A DNA stretch of 25,405 bases from an uncultured bacterium (GTDB taxonomy: Bacteria; JAJVIF01; JAPKYR01). Under the pieces are notes generated by a model that was not told the origin of the DNA, made no database searches, and worked only from the letters and a program-made list of their open reading frames with translations. Shown piece by piece: positions 1-8,795 of this stretch. The position numbers and the translations under genes are program-made. The DNA is taken from positions 1-25,405 of the forward strand of contig CBDURU010000042.1 of NCBI GenBank assembly GCA_965369865.1. Reading direction: 5' to 3'. How positions within the stretch are numbered: position 1 is the first letter of the stretch; every line of letters starts with the position of its first letter.

Positions 1-29
1 AGGTCCAGAATCTTACACACCAAATGGCT

Positions 30-644
30 CTATTTTAACCGGACAGTAGTGGTTTCAAACATAATGCTGATTCCGAAACCGATCAGAAGTGGGATAGCCA
101 TCAGAAAGTAGATTGTTACCGGCCACTGAGGTGGAATGATCGAAGCAGTGTAATACACAAAGACCGTCCCGATGCAGACGGTTAAGATCAGGATGCTCGC
201 AAAACCCTGGGGCAGTTTGTCCTGAACAACGAAGATCCGGATCGTGAGCAATACATACGCTCCAAGGACGATAATCGTAATGTATGTTCCCGCAAATGCG
301 CACAATGCAACGATGATTCCCGAAATTGCTGAGAATGCATTCAGGATGAGGGAAGCGAATATCGCCTTTCCCCAGGAGATATCAAGGAGCTTTTTAAGGA
401 TGATGGTTTCTATGAGCCAGATCAGGAGGAACGCGATGCCCCTCGTGGAGAAACTGAGCATCGCCGGTGCTCCACCGCCATTGATCCCCCATGGCAGCAT
501 GCCGCCCACATCCAGCGGAAGCAGGAGGAAAATAAGCACGATACAAATCAAGCCTGTCCAGATCAACGGGAGTTTGCCAATTTTCATAATCGATAAAGTA
601 TTATTTCCTGAGGAACCATTGTCAAGGTGGTAAAGATTCACCAA
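30..644 (-). CDS. Multi-pass membrane protein, possibly C-terminally truncated; shares a TM motif with 11154..12329
   Basis: 204-aa ORF with about 6 hydrophobic segments. LLIWLIETIILKKLL..WGKAIFASLILNAFSAISG resembles IAGIALEALIISWFI...PQVLITAFLVNCITGFVG in the 11154 gene. Start uncertain (TTG 644, GTG 641 or ATG 587). Confidence 0.65.
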   Translation of the reverse strand: MVNLYHLDNGSSGNNTLSIMKIGKLPLIWTGLICIVLIFLLLPLDVGGMLPWGINGGGAPAMLSFSTRGIAFLLIWLIETIILKKLLDISWGKAIFASLILNAFSAISGIIVALCAFAGTYITIIVLGAYVLLTIRIFVVQDKLPQGFASILILTVCIGTVFVYYTASIIPPQWPVTIYFLMAIPLLIGFGISIMFETTTVRLK

Positions 645-714
645 CCTCCCCGATGACAGAAGAACGTTGACTGCATCCCGAGGCGGACGGTGATTCAGAC
701 ATCCTGTATTCCGA

Positions 715-743
715 TTGTATCTTCAATATATCTTTTATATAAT
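715..743 (+). promoter_or_regulatory. Sigma70-type promoter for lipoprotein 1
   Basis: TTGTAT (715-720), 17-nt spacer, TATAAT (738-743), upstream of RBS AAGGAG (802-807). Confidence 0.65.
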
Positions 744-813
744 TACATGTCGGCTTTTAACAAAACAGAGGTTTGTATCCTGACAGAAAACCGTGTCGGA
801 AAAGGAGTTTATC

Positions 814-3783
814 ATGCGCTCAATATTTGAAACACTCGGCAGGATAACATTTGTATTGATGCTATTATCAATCCTCGTCGGATGTTCATCCGGGGGTTCT
901 CAACCGATATTACCCGATGAGAATATTTCTCAACCAGGGCTCACAGGTGAAGTTGAGGCAAGAGAGACCACAAAAGAAAATGGTCACTACCTCCTCCTCT
1001 ACAACTTGATCTATATCGATCCGGAAAATCCCGATGGGCCAGTGGTCGAGGTGGTTCCGGTACGTCTTGGAGAATTGCACCTGAACATACTGAAATTCCT
1101 TGAGGTTGGGCCGTGCACTGATTGTTTCAAGCTGGTCGGATTCGATTTCCCGGAGCCTGGTATTCTGGATGTTGATATTGAAATCACGCATCCTTTCAGT
1201 GATCTGATTTTTACCGTATTCGATGTGCGTGGAATCATGATGTTTGACGCAAACCATATTTTCCCCGCGTCAGGATGGACGATGTCGGATTATTCGATGG
1301 GTGACGGTGCACTTCTCAACGCTGAAGGATATACCCGGCTTTATAACGGATCGACTCTCGGCGCGGCTGGGGATTTCTTCTCATATTTCAATGGTAAATT
1401 CGCGACACTGGCTATCCCGGACGCCGACCTGAACGGGTTTATACGTCACATAACCGACGATCCTGCAAACACACGTAACGCACTTTATCCTGAATCTTCG
1501 GTGACTCAAACATACAGCCTTGCCTTGCCGTCCGGTGAGTTTGTATTCGGTTACGCTGTCGATGCTTCGTGGGATATGCCGGATGCTGTTCCGGTAACAG
1601 ATCCGATGACGGATTTCCCAATTTCTGCTCATTGTATTGAGCCGTGGAAGGTTGAAATTACCGAGGAACCGGTCGGAGACGGTTTAGCGCCTGAGGGCGG
1701 GGAAACAAAGCTCCTGATTGATGTCTACGACTGGCAGGGGAGTACAACACACGCTGAGCCGGTTTTAGAATGCTCTGAGCTTTTTAATGACACGCGGATC
1801 GCGATATGGCTTGAGGATAGCCCGGTCTGTTCAAGGTACGAGGTTACGGTTTCGAATGAGTTACTTGCGGATGTCGGCGACTATTCATGCTTGATCAGCG
1901 TTGTAGCAAACGAGTACGATCCAGTCGGAACATGGTGGCTCGATCTGACGGCATACCAGTTGCAGATGCTGACTGTTATAGAAAAGTTTACCGAAAATCC
2001 AGTTGCTGTTGCCACGGCTGATCCCAATCCACAGACAGCAGGGCTGCCGGTGCATTTTTCAGGAGTCGATTCGTACGATCCTGACGGCGGAGACATCCAG
2101 CTTTATGAATGGGACTGGGACAACGATGGGGTATATGATGAAACGGGTGAAGAGGCCGATCATGCGTGGCCCGATCCAGGCACTTACCCTGTCCAATTTC
2201 GTGTAATAGATGATGAAAGCGAAACCGATGAACTCGATGTGCCATTGGAAATTGTGATTAACTACATTGAGGTCACCTCGCCCAACGGCGGCGAGAAATG
2301 GCAGGCCGGATGCAACCGTGAGATCATGTGGACTTCCGTGAACCTCACCGACACGGTATTCATCGATTATTCCACCGACAATTTCATTTCCGACATCAAC
2401 TCTCTCGCTACCGCGGAGGCCGACGACGGTTCCTTCATGTGGGAGAACATTCCGAGTGATTATTCCGACACCTTACGTGTCAGGGTCAGCTCGACTGATG
2501 ATCCCAGTGTGAACGATGTATCCGATGGGGATTTCAGCTTCGTTGAAGTATCCGGCTGGGAGATTAAATGGGGAACTTCTGGCAGCGCAGTCGCTGTTGA
2601 CACAGATGGCAATATTTACGTTACGGGGTCAACTTCCGGTGAAGCTTTACTGGCGAAATTTGACTCGTGCGGAGAGTTGCAATGGGAGGTGACATGGGGC
2701 GTTGGAACAGGCGGCGGTTACGGCGAAGGAGTTACGGTTGACGGCTTTGGGAATGTTTATGTTGCGGGCTGGTTCTTTGACACAGTAGACTTCAACCCCG
2801 GAGGGGGCGATCCCCACACATCGAATGGCCAAACGGATGCTTTCCTTAGCAAGTTCGATTCATTAGGCAATTACTACGGAGCACTCACCTGGGGCGGGGA
2901 ATACAATGAAGAGGGCTCGGGAGTTGCCACTGACGGCTCCGGTAATATCTACGTTACGGGTTTTTTCGAGGACATAGTCGATTTTGACCCCGGCGGTGGA
3001 GATCCGCATGAATCGAATGGTGAAAGGGATGTCTTCCTGAGTAAATTCGATTCATCGGGTAACTTTGAGTGGGCGCACACCTGGGGAGGGCCAGCCTTTG
3101 ATGAGGGCTGTGGAGTTGCCGCTGACGGCTCTGGTAATGTCTACGTTACGGGTTATTTCAGCGCGACAGTCGATTTCGACCCCGACGGTGGGGATCCGCA
3201 CACGTCGAATAATATAGCAGATGTCTTCCTGAGCAAGTTCGATTCGTCGGGGAACTTCGAGTGGGCGCGGACCTGGGGTGATGGTTGTGGCTATGGAGTT
3301 GCCGCTGACGGCTCCGGGAATGTCTACGTTGCAGGCTTTTTCTGGGACATAGTCGATTTCGACCCCGGCGGCGGCGATCCGCACACCTCGAATGGTGAGT
3401 GGGATATCTTCCTGAGCAAATTCGATTCATCGGGTAACTTCGGGTGGGCATGCACCTGGGGTGGGGCAGATTTTGATTATGGCCATGGAGTTGCCGCTGA
3501 CGGCTCTGGGAATGTCTACGTTACAGGCGAGTTCCTCGGCACAGTCGATTTCTACCCCGGCGGGTGGATTGATTACCATAGCTCGCATGGAAAGTCTGAT
3601 GTCTTTCTGAGTAAGTTCGATTCTTCCGGTGCTTACCAGTGGGCGAGCACCTGGGGCGGAGAAGGGAGTGATGCCGGCTATGGAGTTGCAGCGGACAGCT
3701 CTGGGAATGTCTATGCAACAACTGGTATTTGGGGAGATAATGGGGCATTCCTGACCAAGCACCTCCCGGACGGTAGCTGGTAA
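814..3783 (+). CDS. Lipoprotein 1: conserved N-terminal domain, PKD domain, SPNGGE-type Ig-like domain, SBBP-like beta-propeller
   Basis: RBS AAGGAG 6 nt before ATG 814; lipobox LVGC; PKD motif (PVAVA...FSGVDSYDPDG...YEWDW...GTYPVQFRV); VTSPNGGEKW Ig-like motif; repeats GVAADGSGNVYVTG..VDFDPGGG..DVFLSKFDSSG..W..TWGG. Confidence 0.85.
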   Translation: MRSIFETLGRITFVLMLLSILVGCSSGGSQPILPDENISQPGLTGEVEARETTKENGHYLLLYNLIYIDPENPDGPVVEVVPVRLGELHLNILKFLEVGPCTDCFKLVGFDFPEPGILDVDIEITHPFSDLIFTVFDVRGIMMFDANHIFPASGWTMSDYSMGDGALLNAEGYTRLYNGSTLGAAGDFFSYFNGKFATLAIPDADLNGFIRHITDDPANTRNALYPESSVTQTYSLALPSGEFVFGYAVDASWDMPDAVPVTDPMTDFPISAHCIEPWKVEITEEPVGDGLAPEGGETKLLIDVYDWQGSTTHAEPVLECSELFNDTRIAIWLEDSPVCSRYEVTVSNELLADVGDYSCLISVVANEYDPVGTWWLDLTAYQLQMLTVIEKFTENPVAVATADPNPQTAGLPVHFSGVDSYDPDGGDIQLYEWDWDNDGVYDETGEEADHAWPDPGTYPVQFRVIDDESETDELDVPLEIVINYIEVTSPNGGEKWQAGCNREIMWTSVNLTDTVFIDYSTDNFISDINSLATAEADDGSFMWENIPSDYSDTLRVRVSSTDDPSVNDVSDGDFSFVEVSGWEIKWGTSGSAVAVDTDGNIYVTGSTSGEALLAKFDSCGELQWEVTWGVGTGGGYGEGVTVDGFGNVYVAGWFFDTVDFNPGGGDPHTSNGQTDAFLSKFDSLGNYYGALTWGGEYNEEGSGVATDGSGNIYVTGFFEDIVDFDPGGGDPHESNGERDVFLSKFDSSGNFEWAHTWGGPAFDEGCGVAADGSGNVYVTGYFSATVDFDPDGGDPHTSNNIADVFLSKFDSSGNFEWARTWGDGCGYGVAADGSGNVYVAGFFWDIVDFDPGGGDPHTSNGEWDIFLSKFDSSGNFGWACTWGGADFDYGHGVAADGSGNVYVTGEFLGTVDFYPGGWIDYHSSHGKSDVFLSKFDSSGAYQWASTWGGEGSDAGYGVAADSSGNVYATTGIWGDNGAFLTKHLPDGSW

Positions 3784-3810
3784 TTAAAAACAAACCTGAC
3801 TGAAAAAAAC

Positions 3811-3872
3811 AATCCCCGGACATCACGGGGATTTTTTCTAAAAAGAAAGAAGCCCCTTAAAGGGCCTCTTTC
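3811..3872. terminator. Double hairpin, probable bidirectional terminator
   Basis: AATCCCCG-GACATCA-CGGGGATT followed by a T run, then GAAAGAAGCCC..GGGCCTCTTTC, between convergent genes. A homologous copy lies at 18875..18934. Confidence 0.65.
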
Positions 3873-4002
3873 TTACTAATTTTTTAAAATTTTGCTTCTT
3901 CGATCCTCCGGATTTTACGCGGAATTCGAGTGTCTTTCCCTCGGTAGCGAGAGTATACTTGCCCGCCTTTATTTCTGAGAAGACGAACTTCACGGTTGCA
4001 TC
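3838..4002 (-). pseudogene. 3' remnant of a paralog of the XRE/Ig-like gene at 18968..19507
   Basis: Translates DATVKFVFSEIKAGKYTLATEGKTLEFRVKSGG..., matching DATGKFVFSELKTGKYTLTTEGKTLEFRVKS* of the full copy. The 5' part is absent. Confidence 0.8.
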
Positions 4003-4020
4003 CCGCAATCGGTTTTATTA

Positions 4021-5616
4021 TTAATTTCCAACTGCTTTTTTTTCTTCAGTTTTTCCCGATGCAGGGCCCCATGAAGGCCGCCAGTGGATAGCGTCGACCG
4101 GGCATACCCTCAGACATCTCATGCACGTGTAACAATCAGCGGGCATGAATTTTTTATCAAGCATGTCGCCCGCCGCGGTTGAAGGGCAGGCTTTGTCGCA
4201 GGCCCGGCAGTCAATGCACCTCTCGAAATCGATCCTGATTTTCGTGAGGCTGATCTTTTCAACGATCCAGGATAATAACCCGAACGGGCAGATGAACCTG
4301 CAGAACGGCCGGTAGAAGAAGAAGCTGACTAAGAGATACAATGTAATCAGAATCATCATGGTCTCTGTTGCATGCTCGATGTTAAACAGGTTAAACGGGT
4401 TCATCTCGTGGTATATAACAAAACCTTTCCTGCCGATCACACCGTAAAGCATCAGGAAAAAAAGGACAAACAGCAAACTCCGAATTGTGTTCGTGATCCA
4501 GAACGGCATCTTCCATTTTTTTGCCCGTCGGAAAATTGGAAGCATGTAAATAAGTTCCTCGATCGCTCCGAACGGGCATGCCCAGCCGCATATCGCCTTG
4601 TTTGCTATTATCGCTAGGATTAAGAAGAAAATGAAGATCACCAGGTACGGCCCCACCGATTCATAAAGCCCCACGATCGCTTTGAAAACCTTGACCGTGC
4701 CCTCCATCGGGTTCGGGCTTTTCCCGATCCAGAACCCGTTTACCGCAACCGTAAGCGCAAGGACAACTATATACACCCACTGCGGATACCATTTCTTCCG
4801 TTTCTTCGGATCGGCGCCCTTCGGAATTCCCCACCACAGAAGCCAGAGAGCGGCGAAAATAACAATGAGCGCGAAAATGGGATATTTCAAGTCGCCCAGG
4901 CCGTCGTGTTCATCCTCAATTATATGCTCCACAGCCTCATCAAGCGTTTCCTGTTCGACACCAAGCTCTGAAATAGCAATGTTTTTATCAACCTCGATAT
5001 CCAGGTGGAGGTCCTTCGCGACCCCGGCTTCGGTCACGCCAAGGATCTCCGCGATCTCGGAAATCGTCATATCCAGGTTGATTTCCAGTGCCGCGACAGT
5101 TTCCAAACCCTCGTTCCGTATGATCTCATCGAGTGTCGCCTGATCGATTCCGAATTCCGAGATCGGGATATCCTTGCTCTCACTCCGGGAGACCCCGATC
5201 AGATCCGAAAAATCACCGCCCTTTATACCGAACATCTCCCCCAGTTCATGCAGTGTCATCGATATATCGGCGACGGCGTGTTCATCGGGAATTTCACCCG
5301 GAACCGGTTCGTGCTCTCCGTCAATTTCAACCGGCTCGTCAAGATATGCGCCGGACTCGATCAATTCCGTCAACTGCTCAACCGTCACACCCAGGACCGA
5401 TATTGGGGTTTCCTTGTTAACTCCACGATCCAGCCCAAGCAGCTCGGCAAAGTCTCCACCTCTGACACCAAGCACCTCCGCTATTTCCGACAAAGACATG
5501 CTGGTGTCCAGCGATGGCTCAGCGTCATCCGGTTGACCTTCCTGGGCAAATAACTGGAAATTCAGGACAAGAATAAATAGAAATGCAAGTATCAGGACTG
5601 GGAGTATTCGATTCAT
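4021..5616 (-). CDS. 4Fe-4S-binding membrane protein (NapH/MauN/NosR C-terminal type) with signal peptide and three N-terminal ~55-aa repeats
   Basis: CGWACPFG and CRFICPFG motifs, ferredoxin motifs CIDCRACDKACP and CYTCMRCLRVCP, 5-6 TM helices, signal peptide ending LFA-Q. Confidence 0.85.
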   Translation of the reverse strand: MNRILPVLILAFLFILVLNFQLFAQEGQPDDAEPSLDTSMSLSEIAEVLGVRGGDFAELLGLDRGVNKETPISVLGVTVEQLTELIESGAYLDEPVEIDGEHEPVPGEIPDEHAVADISMTLHELGEMFGIKGGDFSDLIGVSRSESKDIPISEFGIDQATLDEIIRNEGLETVAALEINLDMTISEIAEILGVTEAGVAKDLHLDIEVDKNIAISELGVEQETLDEAVEHIIEDEHDGLGDLKYPIFALIVIFAALWLLWWGIPKGADPKKRKKWYPQWVYIVVLALTVAVNGFWIGKSPNPMEGTVKVFKAIVGLYESVGPYLVIFIFFLILAIIANKAICGWACPFGAIEELIYMLPIFRRAKKWKMPFWITNTIRSLLFVLFFLMLYGVIGRKGFVIYHEMNPFNLFNIEHATETMMILITLYLLVSFFFYRPFCRFICPFGLLSWIVEKISLTKIRIDFERCIDCRACDKACPSTAAGDMLDKKFMPADCYTCMRCLRVCPVDAIHWRPSWGPASGKTEEKKAVGN

Positions 5617-5674
5617 AATTCACCTGTAAAAATTTTTTCTTACTTTATCACATTTATCTAATAGACGAAAAATC

Positions 5675-5956
5675 GTGCCGCTTGCTTCCAGCAATCGGAT
5701 TATGTGCCGTTTGCTTCCAGCAATCGGATTATGTGCCGTTTGTTTCCAGCAATCGGATTATGTGCCGTTTGCTTCCAGCTGATCGGACAATCAAATTTTC
5801 CACCTTCAAGCTGTCGCGATTTACGAGATATTCCCCGCTATTTCCTGAATGTCCACCAGCTATACTTTAGGCTCCGCTTGTGAACAGAAGCGGTGGATTG
5901 ATCGACGGCTGGAAGCGGTCGTCACATGTAATCCGATAGCTGGAAGCTAACGGCAC
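5675..5956. repeat. 29-bp tandem repeat (about 4 copies) plus an inverted copy; REP/MITE-like
   Basis: GTGCCGTTTGCTTCCAGCAATCGGATTAT at 5675, 5704, 5733 and 5762 (last degenerate); reverse-complement copy TAATCCGATAGCTGGAAGCTAACGGCAC at 5929..5956. Confidence 0.85.
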
Positions 5957-5991
5957 GCTCGTCTGTTACAATTGGAAAAAGGAGTTACCCG

Positions 5992-6576
5992 TTGGAAAAA
6001 AGCCTTGAACAAAGAATCGCGGAAGCTGTGAAAGAGGAAGTGGCGATTGTGCCGTACGATCCCGAATGGCCGCGGATGTTTGAGATAGAAGCGGAATTTC
6101 TGAGGGGTAAGCTTGCGGATTCGGTCGTGTTGAGGATCGAGCATTTCGGAAGTACGGCGATTCCGGGCACAGCGTCGAAACCGATCATCGATCTTCTTGT
6201 CGAAGTGAGCAGCATGGAGGAGGCGAAGAAACAGGTTGTGCCGGTTCTGGAGGGTGCGGGGTACGATTACTTCTGGCGTCCGGAGTCAGGAGATGATGGA
6301 AATTTTTATCACTGGTTTATTAAGCGAAATAAGGATGGGGTGCGGACGCATCATATTCATATGGTCGAGGCGGATTCGAAATTGTGGGACGGGCTTTATT
6401 TCAGGGATTATATGAGGGAATTTCCGGAGGAGGCCGAACGGTACGGGAAATTGAAGATGGAATTGTCGGAGAAGTATCCGAAAGACCGGGTCGGGTATCA
6501 TGAGGGGAAGAGCGAATATGTGGTTCGGGTGACGGAGAAGGCGAAGGAGTATTATAACCAGTACCGCGACCGTTAG
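5992..6576 (+). CDS. GrpB/UPF0157 family nucleotidyltransferase-fold protein
   Basis: Motifs IVPYDPEWP..F..E, RIEHFGSTAIPG..SKPIIDL, HHIH, FRDY, Y..LK, Y..GK; RBS AAGGAG upstream of the TTG start. Confidence 0.9.
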   Translation: MEKSLEQRIAEAVKEEVAIVPYDPEWPRMFEIEAEFLRGKLADSVVLRIEHFGSTAIPGTASKPIIDLLVEVSSMEEAKKQVVPVLEGAGYDYFWRPESGDDGNFYHWFIKRNKDGVRTHHIHMVEADSKLWDGLYFRDYMREFPEEAERYGKLKMELSEKYPKDRVGYHEGKSEYVVRVTEKAKEYYNQYRDR

Positions 6577-6599
6577 TGAGCGGCCTGCCATGGTCAATC

Positions 6600-6675
6600 C
6601 CGTATCAGAGCCGCGAATGTAAATGAGCGGAATGTCATGGTAGGCCGCTCATTAACATTCGCGGCTCTGATACGG
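6600..6675. repeat. REP-like long palindrome (31-bp arms, 1 mismatch, 14-nt loop)
   Basis: CCGTATCAGAGCCGCGAATGTAAATGAGCGG (6600-6630) pairs with CCGCTCATTAACATTCGCGGCTCTGATACGG (6645-6675); lies between convergent genes. Confidence 0.85.
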
Positions 6676-6691
6676 TTGGCTGGGTGATGGA

Positions 6692-8425
6692 TTAATTATT
6701 GAACCAGTCATCTGTCAGTGGTTTGGATGGATCGATGACGATGGTCCTGGTTTGATGAGTATCATTTTTTGTGGACAGGTGCGCAGGTTCTGGTTTTATC
6801 TTTTTTCTGTGCATACCCATCTCGCGTTTCATTTTTTCTGAGATCCTCCTGTAGTGCCCGATTCGCCAGTATTCCACGAGCAGGATTAACAACATGTACC
6901 ATGCGATCGCGAATCCGGCGGGAAGGGGATCGAGGGGGATATTCGCATTGGGGATCGTAGCGAAATCATGGGCTATTTCCATTAATACACTCGCGAGGTG
7001 ATCGAGCAATCCGTTGATTTTCATCGATATTGCCGGACTTATGTAGCCGCCGATCCCGCTCAACGCGCCCATGTAGAGAATTACCTGCGCGATCGGGACT
7101 GCGAAAATATTCGCGATGAAACCGACTATTGAAATCCGTCCGACAGTGCAGGCGAGAATCGGTATCACGCTGATCTGGGCTGAAACAGTGATTATGTTCA
7201 ACGCGGAGAACAGGCGTACGGACCATTTCGTAATGGTAATCAGAAGGTTTCGGGCGGTCGGGATTATTGATGTGCCGGATCTCGGGAACGTCGCCCTGTC
7301 GAGATTGATGAATTTCTCAAACAGCGGCGGACTGAGATAAATAATTCCGAAACACGCGCCGAACGAAAGAAGGAAACCGATGTCCCTGACAAGGAGCGGA
7401 TTTTTCAGGAGCCAGAACCACCCAGCCGCGGCGAGTGTGGCAAGTCCGAACGTGCGTTTACCAAGCCCGAGCGACATCAGCAGGATCGTCCCCATCGCGG
7501 CGGCTCTCATTATCGATGGCTCTCCTCCCAGGAGTTTCGCGAATCCAAACAAGACACCGGTAAGTAAAACCAGCATGATGAGTTTTAAAATTCCCGGAAG
7601 CCTGATGCGGGACAGGATCAGCATTATCGGGAGAAAAAGAAGGCTGACCTGCGCGCCCGACGCGACTATCAGGTGCGAAATTCCCGACTGGTAAAAATCC
7701 CCGGCCCAGTTCCCGGATAATCGCCGCCCTTTCCGCCCGAAAGTGATCCCCGCCACCAGTTCGCTCTCGCGATTCCCGATTCCCCATGAAAGGTGACTCA
7801 TGAGCCGGTATCTCAGGCGATTGGAAAAATTCGCGAGCGGTCCGGGTTCGCTTATTTTTGTGATCGATATTCCGTTCGGGGAGGGTCTGAGGATTCCACG
7901 GGCCTCGTAGCGAAGCAGAATGGGTCCATGGAGAGTTTTAGGGGATAGATCCAGAAGCCCGTGGATTCCGTAGCGCGCGCCTTGGAGTCCTGTGAAATCG
8001 TGGGGAGCGTTAACGAGTATGATTCCGGACTCACACTGCCACGGCTCCCGGACCGCGAATCCCTCCGATGAGAAACCTTCGCCCCGTACAAGCTCGATTG
8101 ATACGGGGAGGTAGCGTCCGGATGGAGTTTCAAACGATGCCCCGGACGCGATCCCGATAATCGCGCAGCCCCGGTCGGATGGGAGATTGTTGACGATCAG
8201 CGGGGCGGGCCATGTCGGGAGATGAACGATCCAGATCAGCCCGAGAAAAAATGACGCCATCCCAACCGAAGCATAGATTACTCGTTTTGTAATTCCGGGT
8301 ATGAGGATTGGGGAGAGCGAAGCCCCGAAGAGAATGAACTCGATGATTCCGGGCTTTACATTCGGTAAACCCGATCCGGTTACAAGCCCAAGCAGGAAAC
8401 ATCCGAAAAGAACGGCGAGTTTCAT
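6692..8425 (-). CDS. comEC: ComEC/Rec2 family DNA-uptake membrane protein without metallo-beta-lactamase domain
   Basis: Competence-domain motifs SGISHLIVASGAQV, GGEPSIMRAAAM, NPLLVRDIGFLLSF, GFIANIFAVP; putative OB-fold region upstream; ends with no MBL domain. Confidence 0.85.
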   Translation of the reverse strand: MKLAVLFGCFLLGLVTGSGLPNVKPGIIEFILFGASLSPILIPGITKRVIYASVGMASFFLGLIWIVHLPTWPAPLIVNNLPSDRGCAIIGIASGASFETPSGRYLPVSIELVRGEGFSSEGFAVREPWQCESGIILVNAPHDFTGLQGARYGIHGLLDLSPKTLHGPILLRYEARGILRPSPNGISITKISEPGPLANFSNRLRYRLMSHLSWGIGNRESELVAGITFGRKGRRLSGNWAGDFYQSGISHLIVASGAQVSLLFLPIMLILSRIRLPGILKLIMLVLLTGVLFGFAKLLGGEPSIMRAAAMGTILLMSLGLGKRTFGLATLAAAGWFWLLKNPLLVRDIGFLLSFGACFGIIYLSPPLFEKFINLDRATFPRSGTSIIPTARNLLITITKWSVRLFSALNIITVSAQISVIPILACTVGRISIVGFIANIFAVPIAQVILYMGALSGIGGYISPAISMKINGLLDHLASVLMEIAHDFATIPNANIPLDPLPAGFAIAWYMLLILLVEYWRIGHYRRISEKMKREMGMHRKKIKPEPAHLSTKNDTHQTRTIVIDPSKPLTDDWFNN

Positions 8426-8658
8426 GAATGTATAACGTCCGGGGAGGGAAAAACCTGACAGGAAATTTCGGGATTGGTGGAATTTTTTAAGGAAATGGGG
8501 TACGCAGAGCAGGGCGTTTGGTTGGTAGATAGACTAAGAGTGTCAGTGGAAGGTGGGTTGATGTAATTAAAAATTAATATTTAGTTCTGGTTATAACACG
8601 AAAACTTGATACGCTCTATCATTGATAGGCTATGTTGCAAGCAAATGCAGCTGACGAT

Positions 8659-8795
8659 TATTTTGGAAAGGACCAATTACTACCGATCTCCTACTCCTTC
8701 TTAAGTATTTTTGAAAGGGACCAAAGACAACCGATCTCCTTCTTAAGTATTTTTGGAAGGGACCAAAAACTACCGGTCTCCTTCTCCTTCCTAAG
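8659..8795. repeat. Three imperfect 42-48-bp tandem repeats overlapping the 3' end of the DUF4760-like gene
   Basis: Unit approximately TATTTTTGGAAGGGACCAAAAACTACCGATCTCC(TTCTCC)TTCTTAAG at 8659, 8706 and 8748. Confidence 0.85.

Noticed and set aside
5675..5790. CRISPR array (29-bp repeats)
   Set aside because: Repeats are contiguous with no spacers, and there are no cas genes.
8691..8693. TAG recoding or readthrough
   Set aside because: Lipoprotein 2 ends in TAG at the same position where its paralogs use TAA, so TAG is a normal stop.
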